Below are positions 1 to 13,100 of a DNA stretch of 64,000 bases, piece by piece; within the stretch, counting starts at the first letter, position 1; every line of letters starts with the position of its first letter. The stretch is from Perna viridis (Eukaryota): positions 434,001 through 498,000 of the forward strand of contig CM074522.1 in the NCBI GenBank assembly GCA_037379345.1, in the 5' to 3' direction. A program made the position numbers and the translations under genes. The notes under the pieces were generated by a model. It saw only the letters and a program-made list of their open reading frames with translations. It was not told where the DNA came from and searched no databases.

Positions 1-639
1 CTCACTGTGACCAAAAGTTTTAGTGAGCTTTTGTCATCACATTGTGCTGTCGGTAAACTTTTCTTATTTTGCTCAACTTAAAGCAATTGGCTATTCAGCA
101 GCAAAAACTCTGATGGCAAACAAAATTGCCATCAGATTCTATGCTGCTGATTAGTCAGTTTTCAAAGAAGCACAGGTGCCAATGTTTTGAAACTTGGCAA
201 GGTCCTTAACCTGAATGATTGCTACAAACAACCTAGGTGTTGTGTGTTGTAGCTACTTTAAGTTATTATAGGAGAAACACATTCTGGCCAATCAATGTAC
301 TGGGGTATCTGCTAATACTAACCAAACAAGAAACAATTTAGATGAGAAGGGCTTCTGAAAGTGAATTTTAGATCCACTGGATTGAACTAGATGGGTGCCA
401 GAGAGTATCTACACTTCTGGTTGGCCATCTTTTAAAGATTAACAACTTTGAAATCACAAATGCCAATGTTTTGGAACTTAATAAGGTTGTTAACCCAGAT
501 GCCCTCTACAAACACCCCAACTTATGTGTGGCTCAGATAGCTTTGAGAATATAGATTGGTCCATGAGAACCAAATAAAAGTGGGCAATACCATGAAATTT
601 AAAAAAAAAAACATGTTATTGTATTCTACTTTTTTGCAG

Positions 640-811
640 TGATTTAGAGAGAATAAGAGAAGGTATTGGAGATAAGCTCAGCCTGTTGATACAGTTCACA
701 GCTCAGTTTGCTGCAGGGTTTGCTATCGGGTTCTGGAAGAGTTGGAAAATGACCCTTGTGATGATGTCCTTGACCCCTATATTAGCCATAGTATCAGCTT
801 ATTTTGCTTCA
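640..811 (+). CDS. ABCB1: ABCB1 exon w1 ([19 protein letters not shown]...[23 protein letters not shown])
   Basis: tttttgcag acceptor, gtgagt donor; EGIGDK motif of P-gp TMD1. Confidence 0.93.
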
Positions 812-3800
812 GTGAGTCATTCTTTTTCTGGATTTTTTTTCACATAATGTTTATGTAAATTTTTTATAGTACATGTATTGATAGTGTGAATGTGTGGAAA
901 CAGTTATGACTTCAGTGAATAATATCAGTAAGAATTGAGAGGTCTGGTATAGTATCATCCTTGTAATTTTTAGTGGATTGGAACCTTCACCGAGTGAGGC
1001 CAGGCCCTGTGTATAATACCACCACTGTAATTTCCAGTTGATCAGAGCTTTATCCAAGCAAGAGCAGGCCTGTGTATAATACCACCATTGTAATTTTCAG
1101 TTGATAAGAACATTTGTTAAGCAAGAGCAGGCCCTGTGTATATACCACAATTGTAATTTTTAGTTGATCAGAACTTTTACTAACCGAGAGCAGGCCCTGT
1201 CAAGTATTTTCCTTGTATTTTACAGTTGATTGGAACCTTCACTAAGCGAGAGCAGGCCATGTATGCTGATGCTGGTAGTGTGGCTGAAGAGGTGATATCT
1301 TGTGTGAGGACTGTTACATCATTTAATGGTCAAAAACAGGAAGTTCAAAGGTAATGAATGAACCAGTGAACCAGTTGTTCTCAGAGATAAGGGAGCAAAG
1401 CACTTGTTTTGTTTTCCATACTTAGCATATACTTTAAATTGAGAAACTTATGTGTGCTTTAGTTTTTTGCAATTTTAATTTTTGAAATAAATTGGGAAAA
1501 ATCCAACTTAAATCCAGTCAATCTAGCAATATTTTGCCCTTAATCTAAACAAATTGCAACAGAAAAGTATTTAAGTTCTAAGTTATTGCATGACCAAAAT
1601 AAGAACAAACAAAAAGTCTTAATTAAATCTAATATGTAGAAACCTCAAAATAAGCATTTCAAATTTTCTATGGAAATTACCATTGCAAGTGGGAGATAAC
1701 TCTGTTAAAATGGCTGAAACAACAGTAACAAATTATACAGAATCATTATTATGCTTTATCTGATAAATAAAATGTGTAAATAATATACAACAAGGATCAT
1801 CAACAACATATCCTTTATCAAACTACTACAGGTTAAGAAACTTAATATAAGCCAAGTGTTCTTTTTATGAGATAATGGAGTTAAAGAATTCCAATTTTGA
1901 TGAAAATGATGTAGTAAATGTTCTACTTTTTGTGGTCAACATTGCTGATAAATAGCTTTTAGAAATAAACTACCCGGTATACAATTTTTTTTTAATTCAA
2001 AAAAGAAAGTGCCTGAAAATAGGTATTTTCTGTAATTAAAAAATTTAAGTATACCTATCCTAATTTAAGTTGTTGCATATTATGTACAGCATAATATAGG
2101 GATAGTTGATATGAAAAAAAATCATCAAAATGTAATACTTTACATGAAATTGATAGAAAAGAACAAAAATCTGAGTAAAAAAAACATTATTTTAACAGAG
2201 TTATCTCTCCTTTCCAATGTTAATTCTGTAGGCAATTTGAAATGTATATTAAGAGGCGTCCGCAATTTAGATTTTGTTAGACTTTTTTAATAAAATCACT
2301 ATACATATTGCTGAACTGAAGCTTTGTATGTGTATAATTATGCATATTCAATGTGGTATTTATATTTTTGTAAAGCTTCATTTGTTTTCTGCAAAATCAA
2401 AGATTTTTAGAATTGGACTTCATTGCCACAAAACTTAAAAAATTAAGTTTGAGAAACATCTTAACTTCCATGGTAACGCTAATCAAAGTCTTTGAAATTG
2501 ATGATGTCACAGTAAGTAATATCCTTTTCAGACTTAAGTAATTTTTTCAAGTTAATTGGCACTGGAGACAGATTTTTTGGCAGCCAGATCTCAAGAATTG
2601 CATAACAATAAAACTGAAAATTAACATGCATTGATGCATATGAAATTCTGTAAAATATCTCTACCCATGTATACAAGTGTGAAAACAGCAATACAGTTAC
2701 CAAACAAGTGACATTTATCTATATACCCACTCAAAGAGTGGACAGTATATTTTTATCAACTTGTCCTCCATCTGTCTAGATGTATTCTGTTGTAATTGTC
2801 TTTACTCCCAATTGATTTATTTCAAATTTGATGTGTGACTTTATATTGATGGGCCGTACTTTGTTACTGATTTTGGCAAATGTCCAATATCAACTTCTTG
2901 TTTTTTTTGGTTATTTAGTCATTTTTCACTATATGGAATGAAAAGGAAAATTTTTCATCACAAAAATCTTAACTTTCACTGAGCAGATTGATTTCACATC
3001 TGGAATGTAACTTTATATTAAACGGGACCAGGTGCAGCCTGCCATGTGATGTGGTCTGAGGGTTCTATTCTTCATTCATTGTAGACCCAATGGAGGCCTT
3101 GAGCTGCCATTTGTCATCCCTGTAGGGATGTTGTCTATGACATATTCACCATGTCCATTCTCGTTATATTTGATTGTTATTTTCAGATATGGACAAGCTT
3201 TAGAACAGAGTAAGAAAATTGGAATCAAGAAATCTGTTACTACAGGGTTGATGATGGGTTTTCTCTACTTGGTTATGTTCAGTGACTATGCTTTGGCATT
3301 CTGGTAAGATATTCATGGTTTTCTCTACTTGGTTATGTTCAGTGACTATGCTTTGGCATTCTGGTAAGATATTCATAGTTTTCTCTACTTGGTTATGTTC
3401 AGTGACTATGCTCTGGCATTCTGGTAAGATATTCATAGTTTTCTCTACTTGGTTATATTCAGTGACTGTGCTCTTGCATTCTGGTAAAATATTCATGGTT
3501 TTCTCTAATTGGTTAAGTTTAGTGACTGTGCTCTGGCATTCTGGTAAGATATTCATAGTTTTCTCTAATTGGTTAAGTTTAGAGACTGTGCTCTGGCATT
3601 CTGGTAAGATATTCATGGTTTTCTTCTTTTGTCAAAGCAAAATTCAAAACACAAAAGTTGAGGGACATTGCCTTATCATAGAATACTGAAGAGGTGGGAG
3701 ACCATGGCCAAGGATAAAAATGGGGACAGAAACAGACAAGGGACTTGAGGCTGAGCAAAACACAGTAAAACAAGTACTATCTTAAAAAAAAGATAGCCGA

Positions 3801-6800
3801 CGTAGTAAAATTTGTTCTTTGAACTTATAATTTTCTGCATTTCATTCAGGAAATAACACATATGGCACGCAATTTCAATTTTCGATACAGTTTTTCGAAC
3901 ACTACTAAGTTACCAGTATTTGGCCAATCTGGAAGCAGACTTGCTATCGGGTGACTTGCGTTTTCACGGAGGAGCGTCTTTAAGGTCAAAGGGTAAAAAG
4001 CAAAACAAACTGACTGCGTCGGAAAAATGGAGACAGATAAAGGCAAGGAACTAAGGCTAAGCAAAAAGCAGTAAAAACAATGGAGACTAACACAGACAAA
4101 CTAAGGACAAGCAAAAAACAGTAAAAACAGTGGAGACAAAGACAAGGAATTAGGCTAGGCAAAAGGCAGTAAAAAAACGTAGACAGACACAGACAAGGAA
4201 CTAAGGCCAAGCAAAAATAAATGGGAACTGAAACTCAAACAACAATTTGAAACTGAAATAGAGCATACATAACATAAAAAATAAGTGAGAAATAGACTGG
4301 AGTCCATGAAATGTAGAAACATGTTTACTGTCTGATGCTTTATTCTAAAGTAAACAATCTTCACTATATGTTAAATTACATACAAAGAAAAGTTCTTTAT
4401 ATTTTTTTCTTGTACTTTAGGTATGGAAATGAACAAGTGAAGGAATATTTAAGGACTATGGGAGCAGAAGGTATTACACCTGGAACAGTTCTAACAGTAA
4501 GTCTATTGTAGTGATAAAAACTGTGAGATGAAGGCTTTAGTCAATATCAGAATGAGATGACGAGCCATGATGAACTGTAATGTGACCTCAACCTTTAACA
4601 CCATGAGATGATGAGCCATGATGAACTGTAATGTGACCTCAACCTTGAACACCATGAGATGATGAGCCACGATGAACTGTAATGTGACCTCAACCTTTAA
4701 CACCATGAGATGATGAGCCATGATGAACTGTAATGTGACCTCAGCCTTTGATCTCTAAGTGAAGAGTGTTTATTGAAGAATAAAATCAGGAGATACTTGT
4801 ATAATTATGTGGAAGCTCACTAAAACAGTTCCTATTATGCACTCTTTTATATTTATTTATTTATTTATTCTTTATTGGCACAAACACAATTACAATAATT
4901 GGCAAAGGCCCATATAATTCATACATAAAAGTGTAACTTATATAGTAGCAGTATACATGTAAATAGAATATTAATCAAATGTTATGAGAAGAGATATTTG
5001 TTATGAAATAAAATTTTTTCTGATAGAAAAAATAATATCTAAAAAAATTAGTGATAATCTTTAGTATAGTATACGAATCACGGAGTATACATTGTTTCAG
5101 TGTGTAGTAATTAATTAAATCAATATCTTTTTTGGGGATATTTGATAATTTGGATATAAATTGACTTCTAACTCTGGAGTATTTTTCACATTTTAGCAAA
5201 AAATGTAATTCATCTTCAACCTCCCCAGAGTTGCAAACTTTACATAATCTCTCGTTTGTAGGAATTGATAGATGACGGCCTTTTTCTATTTCCAAATTAT
5301 GGCTACTGATTCTAATATTGCAAAGAGAGGATCTTTCTGATCTTTTTTTGTAAAATATCAACAAAGCTTGCTCGTTTGTATCCAATGTGTAAATTTTGAT
5401 AAAATGTTAGTTTATTTGAATTTTGGATTTGGGAATGTTGCTCTTGCATAAATTGATCGGTTATTTGTTGTTTTATATTTGATAAAATAGGTTTAAAGCT
5501 ACATTTTTGATAGATTATGTGTGAAAAACCAAGTTTATTGATAATAGAATACATTCTCTTTGTCCAAGTGTTATTGTTTTCTGTAGCTTGAAATATTTTA
5601 AAAGCCAAAGTGTTTTTTGAGGAAAGAAGATGATTTAAAAATTTGATGCAGAAAAACATAATTTTTTAGTGAAGTGGGAGTTGTCCAAGTTCAGAACGAC
5701 ATGCAGCGTTTGTAGCTTTGCAGTGTACACCAAGAATTTCCTTGATGAATTTTAAATGAAATTTTTCTACAACTGAGTTATTAAAAGTATATGTATCAAT
5801 ATCTATACCCCCAGACTTCACTACAGTACATATTGTCTAAGTTTGTCTTCTTCCGTACCAAATTAAATATAGTCTGAAACTTAATAGCAGATATATACAT
5901 GCTCATTTCAAATATGTATTATTGGTTAGAAAACATATCATTTATTTAAATAGTTTTGAAAAGGTTTTCTCATGTAAGGTCTCATTTACCACTTCTTTCC
6001 ATTACTTAATATGTTAAAAATGTAATTTTTAAATTTTCATTGTAAATTCCAAGGACAAAAGACATCTTAAAGTTGCATACCATTGCAAAGCTTGAAAAAT
6101 AAGGCTTTCATGTTATTATACTAAAGGTACAATGATCATAGAAGTTTTTTTTACAAAATTTACTGGAATAAATAATACTGACAATCCACATCTTTACTTT
6201 TTCTGCTAACTAACAGCATGGAAGAAAATTATTCAGACACGTAAACAATATTAATACAATTTTGGTATGATTTTAAAGTACACATTATAAGCTTTATCTT
6301 GACGGCTTTTGACCAACATACATACCAATAGATCTAGGTTCAGTGTGTTTTTGGTACTAAATAGAGGGTCGCTATTTGACCTGGAAGTGGTAAGTGAGGC
6401 CTAAATTGTGGTATAAATGTATAATATTTATCTCCCTTTTAGGTTTTCTTCTGTGTGATGATAGGAAGTTTCTCATTAGGTAATGCTGCACCTAACATTG
6501 GAAACGTCATGGGTGCTAAAGGTGCTGCTGCAGTGGTGTATGAAATCATTGAGAGGGTAAAGTTATTATTCTTATTTATGGCAACATGATATCATCTTTC
6601 TGTATTTATATGTCACCCCTTACTTTGTTTTTGTCCTGTCTGTCACTTTTTTAAGCAAAACTCCTCAGAAAATACTTCACCAAATTCCATGAAACTTTGT
6701 AGGTATTTCCAGCATGATATGTATTTGTGCTTACAATTTATGATCTACTGAATTTTGTGTTATATCCCTTTGAATTTTTGGAATGGTTTGGAGGCATACG

Positions 6801-9800
6801 TTTTTGTAGGGAAAACAAACTTGAATTACAATTTGATTTATTAATACTGCTTCTTATGATACTTCATTAAAGTTCAGATTCAATGACCAGACTGATTTAT
6901 AACAGTTTCTAAAGGCAAATATAATTGATGTAAAGCTATCAAAGAAATGGAAACTAAGTTTATGCTCCAATATTCATTATAAAGGATTTAAAGAATTTTG
7001 TTTTTTGAGTATCAAAATTTTGTCAGCCAGTCTTCTCTTAGTAGTATACTTTGTTTCTTTTACAGAAGCCAGTTATAGATGCCAGTTCAGATGAAGGGAA
7101 GAAACCACTCTCAGTCCAGGGTTTGCTTGATTTCTATGGTGTAGACTTTACATATCCTACAAGGGAAGAAGTACAGGTAATACTGGGGTTTGCTTGATTT
7201 CTATGATGTAGACTTTACATATATCCTTCAAGGGAAGATATACAGGTAATACAATAGACAGGGTGCACATGATTTCTTTTGAGTAGACTTTACATTTCTA
7301 ACATGATATTTTGATAATTGAATCTATCTTGAGCAATTGAGCCAGGGTACACTTGATATCTATGATGTAGACTTCACATGTGCTACATTGGAATTAGTGC
7401 AGGCCCAAGCACCACATAATTTGAAAAATACCTATGTTTAAGAAAATTCTAAACTTCAATGGTAATTCCAACTAAAATTCTTTATGATATCACAAACAGC
7501 TAAGAATTTTCTCTGACTGAAGTAATTTTTCACATTTTGCGGTGCTGGGGCCAGGTAAAAGTATAGTCTGAGTGTGCTTGATTTTTATAATATAAACTTT
7601 ACATATCCTACAAAAAAGATGTCCAGGTAATTCAGTGGCCAGGATTTTTTATGAAGAGATGAGATTAAGGTTAAAATTCACCAGATATGAGTTTTAATGT
7701 CTTTAATATAATATAATTCTTAAAAGAATGAAAAAAATATTAGTCTGATTTTCATGATTATTCTCCTTCTCAAAGTAACTTGAAATGAAAAAATTATTTA
7801 TGTGACACTAATGTTGTTGTTCGGTGTTCTTGTGAATGTAGGTGTTAAAGAACTTTAATCTGTCGGTAAAACCAGGTCAGACGGTAGCGTTGGTGGGCTC
7901 TAGTGGATGTGGAAAGTCAACGGTTGTTAACCTAATACAGAGATTTTATGATCCATCAGCTGGACAGGTAATATTGTGTAGAAAACTAACACCATTATTG
8001 TTGCCTTTGTAAATGAATCACAATGTATTTTATTTTATGAAAGAGTGCGTCTTGTTTAACCTTTATCAATAATGCTAATAGCCCAAATATTGAATAGAAG
8101 TAAACTGGTTGCCTATGATTCATGTGGATGGTGATTGTTGAATCAATTGTTATGCCCCTTTTGAGACAAATAAATTATATAATCTGTGTGTTTGTTTATT
8201 ACAATAGCCCTTGGATTGGCCCTCTAGCTTTAGCTTGATCTCATGTGACTTTTCTGCCACACATCATAGTTTTATATCAGAGTTTACACTTCTGGACAGG
8301 TTGCCTAGGACAGTTTGCCTGTGCCAGGTTGCCTACGTAGGCTTGCTGACTATTTACCCTTATAGCTGGCAAGTTATGAGTGTTAAGACTTGTCACCATG
8401 TTTGTGGGTATACATACTGCATCTCTTAGGAATTTAAAATCCTCTACAGGTGATACTTAGGATACATTGACCTAGTTTACTGTCGGGTGTCATGAGATGT
8501 TACTTTTGAAGTCATAAAATAAATGATGTTCTGTTGTTTTTACCGTAGAAAACTAATAATGAGGTCAGTATTGTTTGACTTAGGTTTTATTCTTTATTAA
8601 TTTAATTTTAGGTCCTCTTGGACGGCAATAATTTGAAGGATTTGAACTTGAAATGGCTTCGTCAGAACATTGGTGTAGTATCGCAGGAGCCAATACTGTT
8701 TGGTTGTAGTATTGCTGAGAACATTCGTCTTGGAAATCCTACAGCTTCATCAACTGACATAGAGAATGCGGCCATAAAGGCTAATGCTCACAACTTCATC
8801 AAATCTTTGCCACAGGTACATATACATTTTTTTAACCTAATATTAAAAAAAGATAGTCTACTCTTGATGTATATAGATATTTATATAACGAGAACAGGTA
8901 TGGTGTATATGTCAAAGAGACAACAAACCCACCAGGATGAAATTGTCAGCAGAAGTATTTGTTTTTGTTTTAAATTCCCGCCTTGATGTGGATGAATTAT
9001 TGCTGCTCATGCTTTAAACCGCAACAATACATGTTTACTTTCATATTTTATACTTTCATAGCTCTTTGTGTCCCCATCTCACATGTTAGTTTTGTACAAG
9101 TTTTAAGTAACAGTCTTTGTAAGAATCATGCCAATTATGTAATATGCAATACACCCTAAAAAGGCTGCATATTTTTTTTTGTTAATGAGTTGCATTATAG
9201 GTCTTTATGATTAAAGGTATAACTATTCAAATAAATCTGTCTGCCCTTTGGAGATAATTCACTTTGAAAATCCAACAGTTTCTATTGTATTTAAGTGTCA
9301 TTTACAGAGTTATCTCCCATAATTTTGAATTCTACAGTACATTCTATTTTATTCATACCTCTTATGGGCAAGTGTTTGATGAAAAGCCACATGTTTCTGT
9401 CTGTTTACTTTCGTATTTTAAATAAAATATTAAAAATAATAATATGTAGGCTTTCCAACCATGAATTACATTTTGCATGATTCTTTTTAAGAACCCATTG
9501 TATATGTATGAAATACCCAACGATGTTAGAAATGTCAAATTTGCGATGCAGATTTTTGGTCGTTCCCTCCGCGGGACTCGGACTCATACCGCTGTGACAT
9601 CTATGGCAACACTGCCTGCACAAAGACAATGCTAACATTGTTGGGAATTTTTCAGACCCTTCTATAAGTTGATGTTATCTTCCCTGTGTCAATTTGATCT
9701 GATGGAGCAGTGTAGCGAATAGAGTTGTCACATTCTGAGACAGTATTGTATAGTATTGATTTGTTGTGACATGCAATCATTAATTTGATCCTCTATCCTA

Positions 9801-10117
9801 CATAAGAAAAGGCTGTCCTGTACTACCATACATCGTGTACTAAGTTAGAGCCCTAGATTAATCCTATGAGGAGGAATGACTGGGCCAGCGAAAGCTATAA
9901 TTTTATAGCCTAGCTGGCCGAGTGGTCTAGAGTGCTGGACTTGGTGCAGGCGGTGTTACCATAGATGTCACAGCGGTATGAGTTCGAGTCCCGCAGAGGG
10001 AGTTCTAACATCTTTCAGAATTTTATATAGTTAAATGTACATATTGTGTCAACAATTTTGTGTTTATTATTGTAAAGGGCTTAGAGTAACTTTTAATTGG
10101 ATAACATACTATACTGT

Positions 10118-10162
<45 letters not shown>

Positions 10163-13100
10163 TGATGATGATGATAATGATAATGATGATAATAATATAC
10201 TTACAATGTAATTTCTTGTTTAAATGTACTAGAAATTTTTTTTTTTAATTTTCTCATTTTAAGATTATCAGAGTATTATAAATTGTGTTAATGACAAAGA
10301 ATTTATCACTAGAGCCTTTGGGCAAGCCATAAAGTATTCAAACTGAAGTCAACTATATATATAAGGGCATTTCACTAACTTTCTTATGTGAGTATATATA
10401 CTTTATATATTTCAACCAAAAAATTACTTCTTGAAAGCATTAATTTAACCTTTCCATTATTATTTCAGGGATATAACACCCTTGTAGGAGAGAGAGGTGC
10501 CCAGTTGTCTGGAGGTCAGAAACAAAGGGTTGCCATTGCTAGAGCCCTGGTCAGAGATCCCAGGATCTTACTGCTGGATGAGGCTACATCAGCTCTGGAC
10601 TCAGAGAGTGAAAAAGTTGTTCAGGATGCTTTAGAAACGGTAGGAAATATTGTTATTTAGAGCTCACTGATTTCACTGATGTAAAACTTTTATATGCACG
10701 ATGGAAATATGGAATAGATGTCAAATTTGGTTACGATATGCTTAGTGACATAACCTATCACAAGCACCAGGTTATTGAAGTTGTTTCCTCATGGATAGAA
10801 AAAATATTGCATTCCAGGAATAAACGGGATTTTATGTTTAGTTCTTTTTTTAACTGTTTTTTTTTCCATTGTCATCTACATAAATGAAATTTTTTTTTTT
10901 CATGATTTTTAGGCTAGGCAAGGAAGAACTACTCTTGTAATAGCCCATAGATTATCCACTATCCAGAAAGCTGATGTAATATATGTAGTAGATAAAGGGG
11001 AGGTAATTGAGAGTGGAACACATTCAGACTTGATGGACAAACAAGGACTTTATCACTCCCTAGTAACAGCACAGACTCTTGTTGATGAAGATGAAGATAG
11101 AGGTAAGATGAATTCTGATCGTGATGCTTTAGTTTGATTGGTTAACTGAATGAATTTAAATTGACTGGAAGCCTTTTAGAACTACCAAGTCCATGTGTAG
11201 AGATGAAAAAAAATCCTTTATTTTTCAATAGTAATTATTTTCAAATAAAGAAACAATAATTTAAAATGCTCTTGATTTTCTGTTTTAAAAGAAATTTCTT
11301 TATTAAAAAAGAAATAAGCTGCAACAGATTTTGAACTAGCTTTCGAGATTCTACATAAGTTAACCAAAGGCCCTTATAAAGCATTGATTTACAAGTCATC
11401 CTAGATCTAGAGGTGCCTGGATGTTCAGAAAAGAGAATATGTACTTTAAGAACATCAGTTGGTCTTATTGTTAAAATAGTTGTTTTGTAAAAGTGCTGGC
11501 TTAAAAAGTTTTTTTTTTATGTATATTTATGAGGAAAATGAATTTGAAGTACTTGTTGGAATGGTTAAAAGGCCTATCTGAAAACAATGATTTATAATAT
11601 TCAATTCATCATCATTACCATACAGGTTTAATATTGTAAAGAGCACTCTAGAGGACTTCTTCAAAGGAAAATAACTCCAATGTTTACTGTAAAGTAAAAT
11701 TATTCTGTGTGCAGACGACTTTTACTTCTTTCTTGAAAAGTTCTTCATTTACATTGAGGTCAACAGAGGTCAACTAGCATTAGATAGGAGAAATTGCAAT
11801 GTTAGCGCAGGGAACAGAAATTTGAATTGATATTTTTCTGAAAAGTTTAGCATGGGACTTTGATATTGGAACAATTGTGATGTCTTTGATGAATTTAAAG
11901 TACTAGATCAGAGAATTATTTCCATCCTGCTGGAACTGGTCTTATATTTCTAAGCACAAATATTCTATAATTGTCAAGTATAGAACTGTAAACCAGTTTA
12001 AAAAAATGGGGTATGTGAAATTTGTCTGTTGATATTAAAGGATTTTTTTTATATTTAGCACGGAATCCTTTACAAAATAAGTAATTTGTTTCACATGTAG
12101 CATTCGTTTTGATAAAGTGTCAATTTCATCTATAGCGCATGAAGCTGTATACTTTTTAAGTTTAAATAAAATTCTGTTTTTCTCATTGGACAGTTGATTT
12201 TGATGATGTAGAACTGAAAGAATCAGCTGATCAGACAACTAACCTAACCAGAAGACGACTGCGGTCTACATCATCAGATGGGGGAAAATCACCACAGAAA
12301 TTAGGTCACCAGGTGTCACGACAGGTCTCACGCCAGTTCTCAGGAGATGGGAAGGCAAAGCCTGGGGATGTTGAGGAACCAGAGGAGGTAATTATGCTTG
12401 TTTGGTAACATATGCATGAATTTATGAGACAATCAAAGGACAAACTCACAAATGTAAATTTTCTGTTGTAAACATAATGTAAGTAGTCATATTTATAAAG
12501 TAATACAATTTAAAGCTTTGCCTATGAGGTACAGAGTTAATTATGCTCAAAAAACATGATTATGTTGAATATGTACCAGTGATTTGAAATGGGTAATGTC
12601 CAAACCCACAGGACTATGCAAGACTTACTTAACACACACTCTATTCCTGCTTTAATACAATCACAGAACAATTCAGACCCTCTACATACATATCAAATGC
12701 CTTTCCCTGATCACAGAACAATTCAGACCCTCTACATACATATGAAATGCCTTTCCCTGATCACAGAACAATTCAGACCTTCTACATACATATGCAATGC
12801 CTTTCCCTGATCACAGAACAATTCAGACCCTCTACATACATATGAAATGCCTTTCCCTATCACAGGACAATTCAGACCTACATACATATGAAATGCCTTT
12901 CCCTGATCACAGAACAATTCAGACCTTCTACATACATATGAAATGCCTTTCCCTGATCACAGAACAATTCAGACCTTCTACATACATATGAAATGCCTTT
13001 CCCTGATCACAGAACAATTCAGACCTTCTACATACATATGAAATGCCTTTCCCTATCACAGAACAATTTAGAGCCTCTACATACATATGAAATGCCTTTC

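Noticed and set aside
3200-3689. 138-aa and 135-aa repetitive ORFs
   Set aside because: Alternative frames of the 60-bp donor array.
9911-9995. Possible tRNA gene
   Set aside because: A and B boxes are present but I find no convincing acceptor stem or anticodon arm, and a diverged second copy with a tail indicates a SINE.
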